Shown: positions 38,791-49,565, counted from the first letter of the stretch. The stretch: 64,000 nucleotides of DNA from an uncultured bacterium (GCA_963729625.1 CAVSOU010000008.1:544001-608000), one strand, 5' to 3'. Notes: a model not told the origin generated them from the letters alone. Made by a program: numbers and translations.

Positions 38791-41181
38791 ATGGGTATAC
38801 GCGCGCAGCCTGCCACCTTCGCGGACCTGCTCCAGCGCTACCGTCGGGCGGCAGGTCTGACGCAGGAGGAGCTGGCGGAGCGCGCACACCTGAGTGCCCG
38901 CGGCATCAGTAATCTGGAGCGCGGCGTGCGCCGCCTGCCGCGGCGAGATACCGTCCGCCTGTTGATCGAGGCGCTGTCGCTGCCGGCCGAGGAACGTGCG
39001 TTTCTGGAAGGCGCATCGCGTAGCCTGGGTGAGCCGGCGATCGTGTCGCTGCCGGCCGATCATGACGAACACACTGCTGTCGCCGTTCCAACCAATCTGC
39101 CGCTCGCACTTACCAGTTTCGTCGGGCGTGAGCGAGAACTGGCAGCGATATGGCGCCTGCTTGGCGAGACCCGGCTGCTCACCTTGACCGGCGCCGGAGG
39201 ATGTGGCAAGACTCGGCTCGCCCTGGAGGCGGCGCGAGAGCTGACTCGCCAACCGAACCCTGGGTCGACGTACGCTGACGGCATCTGGCTGGTCGAGCTG
39301 GCCCCTCTGAGCTCGGCGGCCGCGGCCTTATTGGCAGTCGCGTCAGTGTTGGGCGTACGAGAGAGGCCCGGACGGCCCCTGTTGGAGAGCCTGTCCGCCT
39401 TCCTTTGTTCCAAGCAGGTTCTCCTGATCCTGGACAACTGTGAGCACCTGCTGGACGCCTGCGCCGCGCTGGCCGAAGGCGTGCTGCGCGTATGCCCGCA
39501 GCTGACGATCCTGGCCACCAGCCGGGAAGCGCTGGGCATCGGAGGCGAGCAGACCCTGCGAGTGCCCTCGCTCCGCTTGCCCGACTCCAGTGTGCGGCCC
39601 AGTACCGAACAGGCACTGGCGTGCGAAGCAGTGCGACTGTTCGTGCAGCGGGCGCACGTGGCGCGCTCGGAGCTCACGCTGACCGCGCAGCATGTCGCGA
39701 TGATCGAGGAGATCTGCCGGAGGCTGGATGGCATTCCACTCGCGCTCGAGCTGGCGGCCGCTCGGCTCTCAGCCCTCTCGATCGACCAGCTGTCGACGCG
39801 GCTGCATGACCGGTTTCACCTGCTGACCGGCGGCAGCCGCACCGCGTTGCCGCGCCAGCAGACGCTCAGGGCCACGCTCGACTGGAGCTATGATTTGCTG
39901 AGCAGGCCGGAACGCCTGCTCTTCCGGCGCCTCTCGGTGTTCGCCGGCGGCTGGACGCTCGAAGCGGCGGAGGCGATCTGTGAAGACCGCGACCTCCTGC
40001 AGGAGCAGACACTGGATCTGCTAGCAGGGCTGGTCGCAAAATCGATCGTGCTGCTGGACGATGCCAACGCAGGTGCGCGCTACCAGCTGCTGGAGACGGT
40101 GCGGCAGTACGGGCACGAGAGGCTGGCGGCGGCAGGGGAAGCGCCGAGACAGATGAGCCGCCATCTAGATTGGTACGCACACCTGGCGGAGCTGGCTGCG
40201 CAGGGAATGGGTGGGGCAGCGCGAGAGCAGTGGCTGGAACGGCTCGAGGTGGAACTGGAAAACCTCAGGACCGCCCTGCTCTGGAGCAGGCTCGACGAGG
40301 GTCGTTATGAAGCAGGATTGCGGCTGGTCGCGTCGCTTGAGGACTTCTGGTACCAGCGCGGGTACGCAAGTGAGGGCCGGCGGTGGCTGGAGGATCTGCT
40401 GGCACGTGCGAGTTCGGCTTCGATGGCCTTACGGGCACGCGCGCTCGAAGTGTTAGGTTTGCTGACCCACTACCAGGGCGAGGAGTCTCAGGCACTGGCA
40501 CTCTTCGAGTCGGCATATATCCTGCACAGCTCCGCTGGGAACGAGCGCGGAGCGGCATGGGCCCTTTCTCACCAGGGGCTGGCGGCGATCTACCTGGGCG
40601 ATCTCGAGTGCGCGAAGGCGCTCCTTGAACAGGCTCTGCCCGCGCATCAGGCGCACGGCGACCGGCATGGCGTCGCCTGGATACTGAACTACCAGGCGCA
40701 GATTCAGCAGCTACAGGGCCATTACACGCGCTCGGCCGCCCTCTATGAGGAGAGCCTGCAGGTGTTCCGTGTTTTGGGCGACAGGTTCGGTATCAGCGAC
40801 CAGCTTGGTCATCTGGGCAACGTCGCGCGGGAGCTGGGCGACTTCCCTGAGGCAAAGCGGCTCTTTCAGGAGAGCCTCCAGGTACTTCGCGCCATCATGG
40901 ACAAGCCGGGCTTTGCCAAATGCTTCGAGGGCCTGGCAATGACAGCAGCGGCCGAGGGGCAGCCGGAGCGCGCTGCACGGCTCATGGCCGCCGCGCATTG
41001 CCTGCGCGAGGCCATCGGGACGCCCATGGAAGTAGTAGACCGTATAGCCTGCGAGCGCACCCTGGCCGATGTCCATGCCTCGTTGGGCGAGGAAGCGTTC
41101 GCGGCCGCGTGGGCGGAGGGAGAGGCGACAACGCTGGAGGAGGCCACGGCAGAGGCGCTGGAGCTCGAGGCAGGCCTGTGA
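38791..41181 (+). CDS. XRE HTH + NB-ARC/STAND ATPase + TPR regulator
   Basis: LLQRYRRAAGLTQEELAERAHLSARGISNLERG; TGAGGCGKTRLA; LDNCEH; LDGIPLALELAA; TPRs. Confidence 0.88.
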   Translation: MGIRAQPATFADLLQRYRRAAGLTQEELAERAHLSARGISNLERGVRRLPRRDTVRLLIEALSLPAEERAFLEGASRSLGEPAIVSLPADHDEHTAVAVPTNLPLALTSFVGRERELAAIWRLLGETRLLTLTGAGGCGKTRLALEAARELTRQPNPGSTYADGIWLVELAPLSSAAAALLAVASVLGVRERPGRPLLESLSAFLCSKQVLLILDNCEHLLDACAALAEGVLRVCPQLTILATSREALGIGGEQTLRVPSLRLPDSSVRPSTEQALACEAVRLFVQRAHVARSELTLTAQHVAMIEEICRRLDGIPLALELAAARLSALSIDQLSTRLHDRFHLLTGGSRTALPRQQTLRATLDWSYDLLSRPERLLFRRLSVFAGGWTLEAAEAICEDRDLLQEQTLDLLAGLVAKSIVLLDDANAGARYQLLETVRQYGHERLAAAGEAPRQMSRHLDWYAHLAELAAQGMGGAAREQWLERLEVELENLRTALLWSRLDEGRYEAGLRLVASLEDFWYQRGYASEGRRWLEDLLARASSASMALRARALEVLGLLTHYQGEESQALALFESAYILHSSAGNERGAAWALSHQGLAAIYLGDLECAKALLEQALPAHQAHGDRHGVAWILNYQAQIQQLQGHYTRSAALYEESLQVFRVLGDRFGISDQLGHLGNVARELGDFPEAKRLFQESLQVLRAIMDKPGFAKCFEGLAMTAAAEGQPERAARLMAAAHCLREAIGTPMEVVDRIACERTLADVHASLGEEAFAAAWAEGEATTLEEATAEALELEAGL

Positions 41182-41258
41182 CGTGCCTGAAACGCCGGCA
41201 TATTCCATGTAAACCGCGCGACATCACTGCATGAAGGGAGCAGAAACAGCCGGCCTGA

Positions 41259-41726
41259 TTACCCGTGCAACTGCCTTGCCAGCTGGGCGCAGTGGATCGT
41301 GTCATGAGCGACGATGTGGATAGTAAGGCCGGCGATGGTAATCGTCCCCTGCTCCGCGTGGCACCCCGTCCTGGCCCACCCCGACGCATCGAGCGCGGCA
41401 AGGTCGGCGGTGTACTCGGCGCGAAGGCGGATGAAGGTCCGCAGCGCCTCGTGCAGATCGGCCTGCCGGTAGTTCCGGTCGCGTGCCCACTGCTCCTGGT
41501 CGTAGCCGGCCAAGAACGGGTCATCCTGGTCGCGCATGGCGCGCATGCGCTCGATGGTGCGCTCCTCCGCATCCCGGAGGTGACAGACGACCTCGACGAC
41601 CGACCAGCCCTCGTCTCCGCCCCGCGATGCGCGGGCGCGATCCTGTGTTACGCCACGCAGCAAACCTTCCAGGCAGGCCGGCGCGGCCTGCAGCGCGTCA
41701 ATCAGGTCCCTCGATTGGTCATACAT
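41259..41726 (-). CDS. DinB family protein
   Basis: WSVVEVVCHLRDAE, YDQEQWA, AHDTIHCAQL. Confidence 0.85.
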   Translation of the reverse strand: MYDQSRDLIDALQAAPACLEGLLRGVTQDRARASRGGDEGWSVVEVVCHLRDAEERTIERMRAMRDQDDPFLAGYDQEQWARDRNYRQADLHEALRTFIRLRAEYTADLAALDASGWARTGCHAEQGTITIAGLTIHIVAHDTIHCAQLARQLHG

Positions 41727-41999
41727 CGCTGGTCGCTCCTAGCACACTGGCGGCCCGTCTCGACGCGCATCCGCGCGCCCGCAAGGACACCCACATTGTA
41801 GAACGGCAAGACCATATCGGTCTCGCTTGCTCATGGTGGCCGCCACGAGATCAGATGCGCGACCGTCCGTTTTCAGCTGTTTACGCCGCTGCAGTATCAC
41901 CAGTATGCTAGGGATAGAGGATGGGTGATAGGTATCGACACCGTCCATCTCGGCAGGTGAAGCCGGGGGCATGCAGCCTAGAGAAAAGGGGGAAAGACA

Positions 42000-43496
42000 A
42001 TGGTGTGTCCATCCCTGGGTACCTGGCTGGGGCACGTCCTGCGCGGTCTTGCGGTCTGCTCGTTTGTCGCCTGCGGCGCCATCACTGAGGGGAGTATCGC
42101 TGCGCCTGCGGGGAACGCGGCAGCGCAGCGGCCCAACATCGTCTTCATCCTGACGGACGACCTTTCCTGGAACCTGGTGCAGTACATGCCGCACGTGCTG
42201 CAGCTTGAGAGCCAGGGAGTCACGTTTGACCACTACATCGTCACGGACTCGCTGTGCTGCCCGTCGCGCTCGTCCATCTTCACCGGCCTCTTCCCTCACG
42301 ACACCGGCGTCTTTGGAAACACGGGGTCAGCTGGCGGGTACTACGCGTTCCTCGCTAACGGCGACGAGGGCAAGACGTTCGCGATCGCGGCCCAATCGAG
42401 CGGCTACCGCACGTCGATGATGGGTAAGTACCTCAACGGCTACGAGCCGTCGAGCCTGTTCATTCCGGTGGGTTGGAGCGACTGGCATGTGGCCGGCGAG
42501 GGCTACCCGGAGTTCAATTACGGCCTCAACGAGAACGGCAAAGTCGTGCACTACGGGGGCCCGAGTAACCCGAGCAACTATCTGACTGACGTGCTCGCCG
42601 ACCGGGGCGCAGCATTCATCAACGAGGCTGCCGACGCGCACCAGCCGTTCCTGCTGGAAGTTGCGACGTTTGCGCCCCATGCACCGTATACGCCCGCTCC
42701 ACGCGACGCCGGCCACTTTCCCGGACTGACGGCGCCGCGAACAGCCGCATTTGATCAGAACAACGTCAACCCTCCCACGTGGCTCGGCCCGCGGCCTCCC
42801 TTGACGCGCAAGCAGATCAACACAATTAACGTTGGGTTCCGACGGCGCGCCCAGTCCGTGCAGGCGGTTGATGATTTGCTTGTCCGGGTGGAAGCCACGC
42901 TCAAAGCCCGTGGCCTGGACACGAATACCTATATCGTCTTCAGCTCTGACAACGGCTACCACATGGGCGAGCACCGGCTCCTGCCCGGCAAGATGACCGC
43001 GTTCGATTCGGACATCCGGGTGCCGTTGATCGTCGCCGGTCCGGGCGTGCCGCGCGGACGTACCCTCTCACAACTGGCGGAGAACATCGACCTCAACCCC
43101 ACGTTCATCCAGCTTGCCGGCGGCACACCAAACCCGTCCGTCGACGGGCACAGTCTCGTGCCGCTGATCCTGGGCCAGTCGGTGCCGAGCTGGCGGACCG
43201 CCGCGCTGGTCGAACACCACGGGCCGGATACGGACGTCACGGATATCGATTACGAGAACGGCGCGCTGGGGGGTAATCCCACGACCTATAAGGCGATCCG
43301 GCTGCCGAACGCTGTGTATGTCGAGTACGCCAACGGCGAGCACGAGTACTACCGCATCGATCAGGATCCGGAGGAGCTGGTCAATGTGTACGGTCACCTC
43401 AGCGCGTCTGAGCAAGCCCAATTGCACGCGACCGTGGCCGCACTCTCGACGTGCCATGACGCGAGCAACTGCTGGGCGGCCGGCCTCCCGCGCTGA
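42000..43496 (+). CDS. secreted sulfatase (N-acetylglucosamine-6-sulfatase-like)
   Basis: PNIVFILTDD, CCPSRSSIFTG formylglycine motif, GKYLN, SDNGYHMGEH. Confidence 0.9.
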   Translation: MVCPSLGTWLGHVLRGLAVCSFVACGAITEGSIAAPAGNAAAQRPNIVFILTDDLSWNLVQYMPHVLQLESQGVTFDHYIVTDSLCCPSRSSIFTGLFPHDTGVFGNTGSAGGYYAFLANGDEGKTFAIAAQSSGYRTSMMGKYLNGYEPSSLFIPVGWSDWHVAGEGYPEFNYGLNENGKVVHYGGPSNPSNYLTDVLADRGAAFINEAADAHQPFLLEVATFAPHAPYTPAPRDAGHFPGLTAPRTAAFDQNNVNPPTWLGPRPPLTRKQINTINVGFRRRAQSVQAVDDLLVRVEATLKARGLDTNTYIVFSSDNGYHMGEHRLLPGKMTAFDSDIRVPLIVAGPGVPRGRTLSQLAENIDLNPTFIQLAGGTPNPSVDGHSLVPLILGQSVPSWRTAALVEHHGPDTDVTDIDYENGALGGNPTTYKAIRLPNAVYVEYANGEHEYYRIDQDPEELVNVYGHLSASEQAQLHATVAALSTCHDASNCWAAGLPR

Positions 43497-43561
43497 TCGC
43501 GCCTTGGCCGGACCTGATACCGTGACAGCGCTCCGGGCTGTTGTGTTCGCCATGTGAGCTT

Positions 43562-43605
43562 TCGCCACTCATGCGGCACCAGGTACTGTGCCGCGTGAGT
43601 GGCGA
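43562..43605. terminator. long hairpin between the convergent sulfatase and TetR pseudogene
   Basis: TCGCCACTCATGCGGCAC-N8-GTGCCGCGTGAGTGGCGA, 18-bp arms with one G-U pair. Confidence 0.6.
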
Positions 43606-43631
43606 GCCCTGGTCGCCGTGATACCAGCGAG

Positions 43632-44116
43632 CTAACCGGCTTCGATGCCTGCACCTTCACTCGGCGCGCGCCGCACGAGCTCGGTAAAGCCTGCATAGGC
43701 GCGAAGGCGCTGCGCTTCAACGGCCCTGGCTCCAGGAAACGTCAACGTGAGGACCGCAGTCCGCGGTCGGCCGCCTGCATCGAACACACACGCTCCAGAT
43801 AGCCGCGGAACCCTGTCCAGGCGTTCTCCGCCTGCAACGCCTCCTCGACCGCGTTCGCATAGGCCGTCATGGCGTGCTCAAAGCTCGCGGCAATCAGGTC
43901 TTCACGGGTGGGGAAACGGCGATAGAGCGTGGCGATGCCCACCCCCGCGCGGTGGGCGATCTCCTCCAGCGGCGCGTCCAGCCCGTCTTCCGCGAACACG
44001 ACGCGCGCCGCTTCCAGCAGGCACTCGCGATTGCGCGCGGCGTCGACACGCAACGGCGCGCGCTCGACGGTACTCGACGGCACAGGCTCCGGCGCAGAGT
44101 CACTGTACGACGGCAC
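43632..44116 (-). pseudogene. TetR-family regulator, frameshifted near 43753 and truncated
   Basis: LRVDAARNR...AGVGIATLYRRFPTREDL; after DRGLR the sense continues in another frame as VLTLTFPGARAVEAQRLRAYAGFTELVRRA. Confidence 0.75.
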
Positions 44117-44132
44117 GCCTCAAGCATAGCAT

Positions 44133-44154
44133 AAATGGAGGGCATTCTCCATTT
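44133..44154. promoter_or_regulatory. TetR-type operator palindrome
   Basis: AAATGGAG-N6-CTCCATTT; weaker copy at 44181-44202. Confidence 0.65.
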
Positions 44155-44264
44155 GTACCACAATGTGTTATGCTCGATTCAAGTGGACACAAGTCCCCAG
44201 TTTTCAGGCGACAGCCAGAAATGGTCCGCCGTCGACGCACTATTGTAGAGAGAAGACTGCATCC

Positions 44265-44477
44265 ATGCGTGCTATTGCTGTAGAAGACTTTGGCGCCGTG
44301 CCTGCCCTGCGCGATCTCCCCATTCCCGAGCCCGGGCCGGACGAGGTTTTGGTCCGTGTCCACGCGGCTTCGCTCAACGGCTTCGACCTGGCCGTCGCCG
44401 CGGGCAGGCTCAAGGGGATTATGGAGCACCGCTTCCCTGTGGTGCTCGGCAAGGGCTTCGCCGGAGGGAACCTGTGA
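44265..44477 (+). pseudogene. MDR-family quinone oxidoreductase, N-terminal 70 aa only
   Basis: LPIPEPGPDEVLVRVHAASLN..D...FPVVLGK.FAG then stop; Rossmann domain absent. Confidence 0.8.
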
Positions 44478-45064
44478 TCCGAATCGCTGTGATCCTCGGC
44501 ACCACCCGTCCGGGCCGCTTCGGCGAGAAGCCGGCCGCCTGGATCGCCAATCGCCTTGCCGCGCGTGGTGACGTGGACGTCGCGCTGCTCGACCTGCGCG
44601 AGTACCCGCTCCCGTTTTATGAGGAGCTCATGTCGCCTGCACGCACCGGGCGAGAGTACCGCACGCCGGAGGTAGCGCGCTGGGCGCAGGCGGTGGATGC
44701 GGCGGACGGCTATGTGATCGTCGCCGGCGAATACAACCACGGCTACCCGGCAGTGCTCAAGAACGCCATCGACCACACATTCGTGCAGTGGCATCGCAAG
44801 CCGGTAGCCTTCGTGGGCTACGGCAACGCCGGTGGCGCGCGGGCCATCGAGCAGTTGCGGCTGGTGGCGGTCGAGCTCGAGATGGCGCCGCTGCGCCACG
44901 CTGTGCATATCCTGCCCGATGTGATGCGCCCCGCGATGGCGGCGCCGTCGCCCGTGGACCCGGCTGTCTTCGCGGAGCTGGAGCCGCGCGCCGATCTGCT
45001 CGTCGAGGACCTCGTCTGGTGGGCGCGGGCTCTGCAGTCAGCCCGCGCCTTGCCGCAGCCGTAG
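44474..45064 (+). CDS. NADPH-dependent FMN reductase
   Basis: ILGTTRPGR, EYNHGYPAVLKNAID, KPVAFVGYG..GGARAIEQLR. Confidence 0.9.
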   Translation: MIRIAVILGTTRPGRFGEKPAAWIANRLAARGDVDVALLDLREYPLPFYEELMSPARTGREYRTPEVARWAQAVDAADGYVIVAGEYNHGYPAVLKNAIDHTFVQWHRKPVAFVGYGNAGGARAIEQLRLVAVELEMAPLRHAVHILPDVMRPAMAAPSPVDPAVFAELEPRADLLVEDLVWWARALQSARALPQP

Positions 45065-45132
45065 CACTCTTACTGCGACGCAGTTGTTGGGGAAGAACGG
45101 CAACACCATGGTACTGCGAGAGGACGGACCTC

Positions 45133-47076
45133 TCACGATGCCACGGCCTGGAACGCCGGTCCGGGCCGTGCTTCTTCCTCCTCCAGGTTCGCGCCCCTGA
45201 ACTGGCTGTTGTAGAGATCGGCGTAGAAGCCGCCCTTCTCCAGCAGCTCGCGGTGTGTGCCATGCTCGATGATGCTGCCGTGATTCATCACCAGAATCAT
45301 CTCGGCATCCCGAATGGTCGACAGCCGGTGGGCAATGACGAAGCTCGTTCTTCCCGCCATCAGCACGGCCATGGCCTTCTGGATCAGGACTTCGGTACGG
45401 GAGTCGACGTTGCTGGTGGCCTCGTCCAGGATGAGAATCGCCGGATCGGCAAGGATGGCGCGCGCGATCGTCAGCAGTTGCCGCTGGCCCTGAGAGATGT
45501 TCGACGCCTCCTCGTTGATTACGGTGTCGTAGCCCTCAGGCAAGGTTCTGACGAAGTGATCGGCATGGGCAGCCTTCGCCGCGCGCATGATTTCTTCCTC
45601 CGTGGCGCCCTTGCGGCCGTAGGCGATGTTTTCACGAATGGTGCCTGAGAACAGCCAGGTGTCCTGCAGCACCATGCCGAACATGTGGCGCAGCGCCTCG
45701 CGCGGCATCTCGCGAATGTCCACGCCGTCGACCAGGATCCTGCCACGGTCGACGTCATAGAAGCGCATCAGCAGGTTCACCAGCGTGGTCTTCCCGGCAC
45801 CGGTCGGTCCTACGATGGCGACGGTGTGGCCCGGTTCGACGTCGAGATTCATGCCCGTGATCAGCGGTTTGTCGGCGACGTACCTGAAGTCGACATCCTC
45901 AAACCGGACCACCCCTTGCGGTGACGTTATGACCCTTGCGTCGGCACTCTCAGGAATCTCCTCCGTCTCGTCGAGCAGCTCGAAGACGCGCTCGGCCGAG
46001 GCAACCGTCGACTGAATGACGTTCGCGATGTTGGCCGTTTGCACGATGGGCTGGGTGAACTGCTGGGAGTACTGGATGAACGCCTGCACGTCGCCGATGG
46101 CGATCTTGCCCTTGGTGACGAAGATGCCGCCGACGACACAGACGATTACGTAACCGATGTTGCTGATAAACTGCATGACCGGCATCAGAATGCCGGACAC
46201 GAATTGCGCGCGCCAGGCGGCGCCGTAAAGCCGCTCGTTGATCCCCGTGAACCGCTCAATGGCGTCGCGCTCCCGCCCGAATGCTTTGACGATCGTATGG
46301 CCGGTATACATCTCCTCGACGTGCCCGCTCAGCTCACCCAGCTCCTTCTGCTGCGCCGCGAAATACTTCTGCGAGCGTTTCGCGATCTGCATGGTGGCCA
46401 GCACATAAATGGGGATAGTCACGATCACCACAAGCGTCAGCACCACGTTGATCGACAACATCATGATCACAACGCCAAGAAGCGTGACGACAGACGTGAG
46501 CAGCTGCGTCAGATTCTGTTGCAGCGTGGTCGCGATGTTGTCGATATCGTTGGTGACACGGCTCAGAATCTCACCGTGTGTCCGCGTATCGAAGAACTTG
46601 AGGGGCAGGCGCGTGAGCTTGTCGTTTACATCCTTGCGCATCTGATAGACGATTCTCTGCGCGATCCCGGCCATCATGTACTGCTGGATATAGCTGCAGA
46701 TTGCGCTGATGAGGTAGAGCCCGATGAGCAGCAGGATAATATGCCCGATGTAGTCGAAGTCCAGGCTAGGCATCGGCTTACCCTGGCGCAAGGCCGTGTA
46801 CTTCGCGATCAATCCCTCGAATATCTTGGTCGTGGCATTGCCCAAGATCTTGGGACTGACAATCATGAAGGCCGTGCTCAGAATGGCGAACACCAGCACG
46901 ATAGCCAGTCGCAGCCGGTGGGGCTGCAGATAGCGCAACAGGCGCTTGAGCGTACCCTTGAAATCCTTCGCCTTCTCGGCCGGCCGCATGAGGCCGCCCA
47001 TCGGGCCGCCTCGGCCACTGCCAGGGCCAAATCCCGGACGGTCGGGCGGCCGCTGCGCTGGACGCTGCTCGTTCAT
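45133..47076 (-). CDS. heterodimeric ABC exporter, subunit with consensus Walker B
   Basis: TMD + GPTGAGKT, ISQGQRQ, LILDEATS, IAHRLST. Confidence 0.93.
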   Translation of the reverse strand: MNEQRPAQRPPDRPGFGPGSGRGGPMGGLMRPAEKAKDFKGTLKRLLRYLQPHRLRLAIVLVFAILSTAFMIVSPKILGNATTKIFEGLIAKYTALRQGKPMPSLDFDYIGHIILLLIGLYLISAICSYIQQYMMAGIAQRIVYQMRKDVNDKLTRLPLKFFDTRTHGEILSRVTNDIDNIATTLQQNLTQLLTSVVTLLGVVIMMLSINVVLTLVVIVTIPIYVLATMQIAKRSQKYFAAQQKELGELSGHVEEMYTGHTIVKAFGRERDAIERFTGINERLYGAAWRAQFVSGILMPVMQFISNIGYVIVCVVGGIFVTKGKIAIGDVQAFIQYSQQFTQPIVQTANIANVIQSTVASAERVFELLDETEEIPESADARVITSPQGVVRFEDVDFRYVADKPLITGMNLDVEPGHTVAIVGPTGAGKTTLVNLLMRFYDVDRGRILVDGVDIREMPREALRHMFGMVLQDTWLFSGTIRENIAYGRKGATEEEIMRAAKAAHADHFVRTLPEGYDTVINEEASNISQGQRQLLTIARAILADPAILILDEATSNVDSRTEVLIQKAMAVLMAGRTSFVIAHRLSTIRDAEMILVMNHGSIIEHGTHRELLEKGGFYADLYNSQFRGANLEEEEARPGPAFQAVAS

Positions 47077-48800
47077 GCTACTTCCTCTTCCGACAGCTGC
47101 GACGAGACGATCTCGCGGTAGACTTCACATGCGGTGAGCAGCTCCCGGTGCGTGCCGATGCCCGCGATCCGGCCTTCGTCCAGCACGATGATTCGATCGG
47201 CGTCCATCACCGTTGCCACACGCTGCGCGATCAGGAGGACCGTGGCGTCGGCCGTCTCCTGCTTGAGCGCGGCACGCAGGCGGGCGTCCGTCTTGAAGTC
47301 GAGCGCGGAGAAGCTGTCATCGAAGATGTAGATCTCCGGGCGCTTGGCCATCACGCGCGCTATGGACAGCCGCTGCTTCTGCCCGCCGGACACATTCGTG
47401 CCGCCCTGCGTCACGCCCGCGTCGAAGCCGCCGTCCATGGCCTCGATGAACTCCAAGCCCTGGGCCACATCCGCGGCGTGCCGCACTTCTTCGTCCGTGG
47501 CGTCGTCGTTGCCGAATCGGATGTTCTCTGCAATCGTGCCGCTGAACAGCACCGTCTTCTGCGGCACATAGCCGATCTTGGCCCTGAGATCCGCCTGCGC
47601 CATTTCCCTGATATCGACGCCGTCGACGAGCACGGCGCCGCTGTTCACGTCGTAGAAGCGGGGAATGAGGTTGATCAAGGTGGACTTGCCCGCGCCCGTG
47701 CTGCCGATGATCGCGGTCAGCTCGCCGGGCTTCGCGCTGAACGAGATATTGCTGATCGCCGGCTGCTCCGCCCCCGGATAGCTGAACGTCACATCGCGGA
47801 ACTCCACGTAGCCCCTCTCGGCATCGGCCCGCTCGGCCTGCTGGGGATCCCTGATCTCCGGCGCCGTATCCAGCACCTCGTTGATCCTGTCCGCCGCTGC
47901 TGCGGCCCGAGGCACCATCACGAACATCATGGAGACCATCAGGAAAGCGAACATTATCTGCATGGCGTACTGTATGAACGCGATCAGTGAGCCGATCTGC
48001 ATGTCGCCGTGGTCGATGCGGATGGCGCCGAACCATACGATGGCGAGGCTTGTCAGGCTCATAACCAACATCAGCACCGGCATCAGAAACGCCATGATCC
48101 GGTTGACGGCGATGGCGTTATTCGTCAGGTCCTCGTTGGCGTTCTCGAACCGCTCCTTTTCGTCGTCGATACGGTTGAAGGCGCGAATGACCCGAATGCC
48201 GATCAGGTGCTCGCGCAGCACCAGGTTCACTTTGTCGATCTTGATCTGCATGAGCCTGAAAAGCGGAATCCCCTTCCGGGCAATCAGCACAATAGCCGCG
48301 ATGAGCACCGGGACCGATACCGCGAGTACCAGGGTCAGCGGCTTGTCGAGCGACAGTGCCATGATGATGCCGCCAACGGCCATGATCGGTGCCATGATCA
48401 TCAGGCGCATGATGATCATGGTGACCATCTGCACCTGCGTCACGTCGTTGGTCGTACGCGTGATCAGGGTCGCGGTGCCGAATTTGTCAAACTCATGCAG
48501 CGAGAAGCTCTCCACTCGCTGGAAGATCTCATCGCGCACAATGCGGCCGAAACCCATGGCGGCTTTCGCCGACAGGAAGCTGGCGATGACGGCGCACACC
48601 ATGCCGCCCGCGGCGATCGCCAGCATCACGCCGCCGACCTGCACGATGTAGGTAATGTTGTTCGGGACGATGCCGTTGTCCACGATATCGGACATGAGCG
48701 TGGGCAGGTAGAGGCTGGCAATCGCCTGGCAGGCCACCAGCACGATGACGGCAAAGATGGGCACCCTATACGGGCGAAGGAAGCGGAAGAGCTTGATCAT
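47073..48800 (-). CDS. heterodimeric ABC exporter, subunit with degenerate site (EfrA/TM287-like)
   Basis: TMD + GSTGAGKS, VSGGQKQR, IFDDSFSALD, IAQR. Confidence 0.93.
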   Translation of the reverse strand: MIKLFRFLRPYRVPIFAVIVLVACQAIASLYLPTLMSDIVDNGIVPNNITYIVQVGGVMLAIAAGGMVCAVIASFLSAKAAMGFGRIVRDEIFQRVESFSLHEFDKFGTATLITRTTNDVTQVQMVTMIIMRLMIMAPIMAVGGIIMALSLDKPLTLVLAVSVPVLIAAIVLIARKGIPLFRLMQIKIDKVNLVLREHLIGIRVIRAFNRIDDEKERFENANEDLTNNAIAVNRIMAFLMPVLMLVMSLTSLAIVWFGAIRIDHGDMQIGSLIAFIQYAMQIMFAFLMVSMMFVMVPRAAAAADRINEVLDTAPEIRDPQQAERADAERGYVEFRDVTFSYPGAEQPAISNISFSAKPGELTAIIGSTGAGKSTLINLIPRFYDVNSGAVLVDGVDIREMAQADLRAKIGYVPQKTVLFSGTIAENIRFGNDDATDEEVRHAADVAQGLEFIEAMDGGFDAGVTQGGTNVSGGQKQRLSIARVMAKRPEIYIFDDSFSALDFKTDARLRAALKQETADATVLLIAQRVATVMDADRIIVLDEGRIAGIGTHRELLTACEVYREIVSSQLSEEEVA

Positions 48801-49507
48801 GTGTGGTTCACTCCGGCTAGCGGTGTTGTTTCCGTGGCCGCTGAAACAGGGCGCACGCGTCCGTGGGAGTACGCATTGTCACCTGGGAATCGACATATGC
48901 CGTGGAAATACAGCCGCACCGCGTAAGCGGCCAACTCCTCGCGGCTTACCGCGAAATCGCTCCGCAACTCCGGCCTGCTGTGTGTCCGCGTGAGGGACAG
49001 CAGAAAGCGCGCAGCTACCGGCGCGGGAATCGCCGTGTCCAACTCACCCGTCGCCTGCCCCTGCCGGATGATCGCGACGAGCTCGTCGAGCATACGCGTG
49101 ACGGCTTCATGCAGCCCCGGTTGGTCGTGGAACGCCGCGGAGAGCGCATGCCGCTGCGGACCCGCGAGTGCCGAAATCCACGCCTGCTGTTTCGCGATGG
49201 CCGAGGTCAGAATGATGCTTAGGCGTTCGACAGCCGGTCGCTCAGCATCAGCGAGACGCTCCCGGATGCGCGCTTCGGCGTATTCCACGCCGCGCCTGAC
49301 AATCGCGCCGACAAGATCCTCTTTCCTGGCAAAGTGCTGATACAGGGTACCCTTGCTTACGCCCACGCGCTCGGCAAGCTCGTCCATAACGAGCCCCTCA
49401 TAGCCCTGCTCATTGAGGATTCGCTCTGCCTCCTCCAGAATGAGCAGCTCCCGTTGCGCACGTTGACGCTCCCGCAATGACACCTGGGCGCGCGCCCTGT
49501 CGTTCAT
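48797..49507 (-). CDS. TetR-family regulator
   Basis: LAERVGVSKGTLYQHFARKEDL; overlaps the ABC start. Confidence 0.9.
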   Translation of the reverse strand: MNDRARAQVSLRERQRAQRELLILEEAERILNEQGYEGLVMDELAERVGVSKGTLYQHFARKEDLVGAIVRRGVEYAEARIRERLADAERPAVERLSIILTSAIAKQQAWISALAGPQRHALSAAFHDQPGLHEAVTRMLDELVAIIRQGQATGELDTAIPAPVAARFLLSLTRTHSRPELRSDFAVSREELAAYAVRLYFHGICRFPGDNAYSHGRVRPVSAATETTPLAGVNHT

Positions 49508-49565
49508 TCCAGCTCCTCACCCGATTGGTTTGCGGACTACCCGACCATAAGCGATCATGACGGAG

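Noticed and set aside
44183-44193. GTGGACACAAG match to the STAND promoter block
   Set aside because: Better explained as part of the second TetR operator-like site
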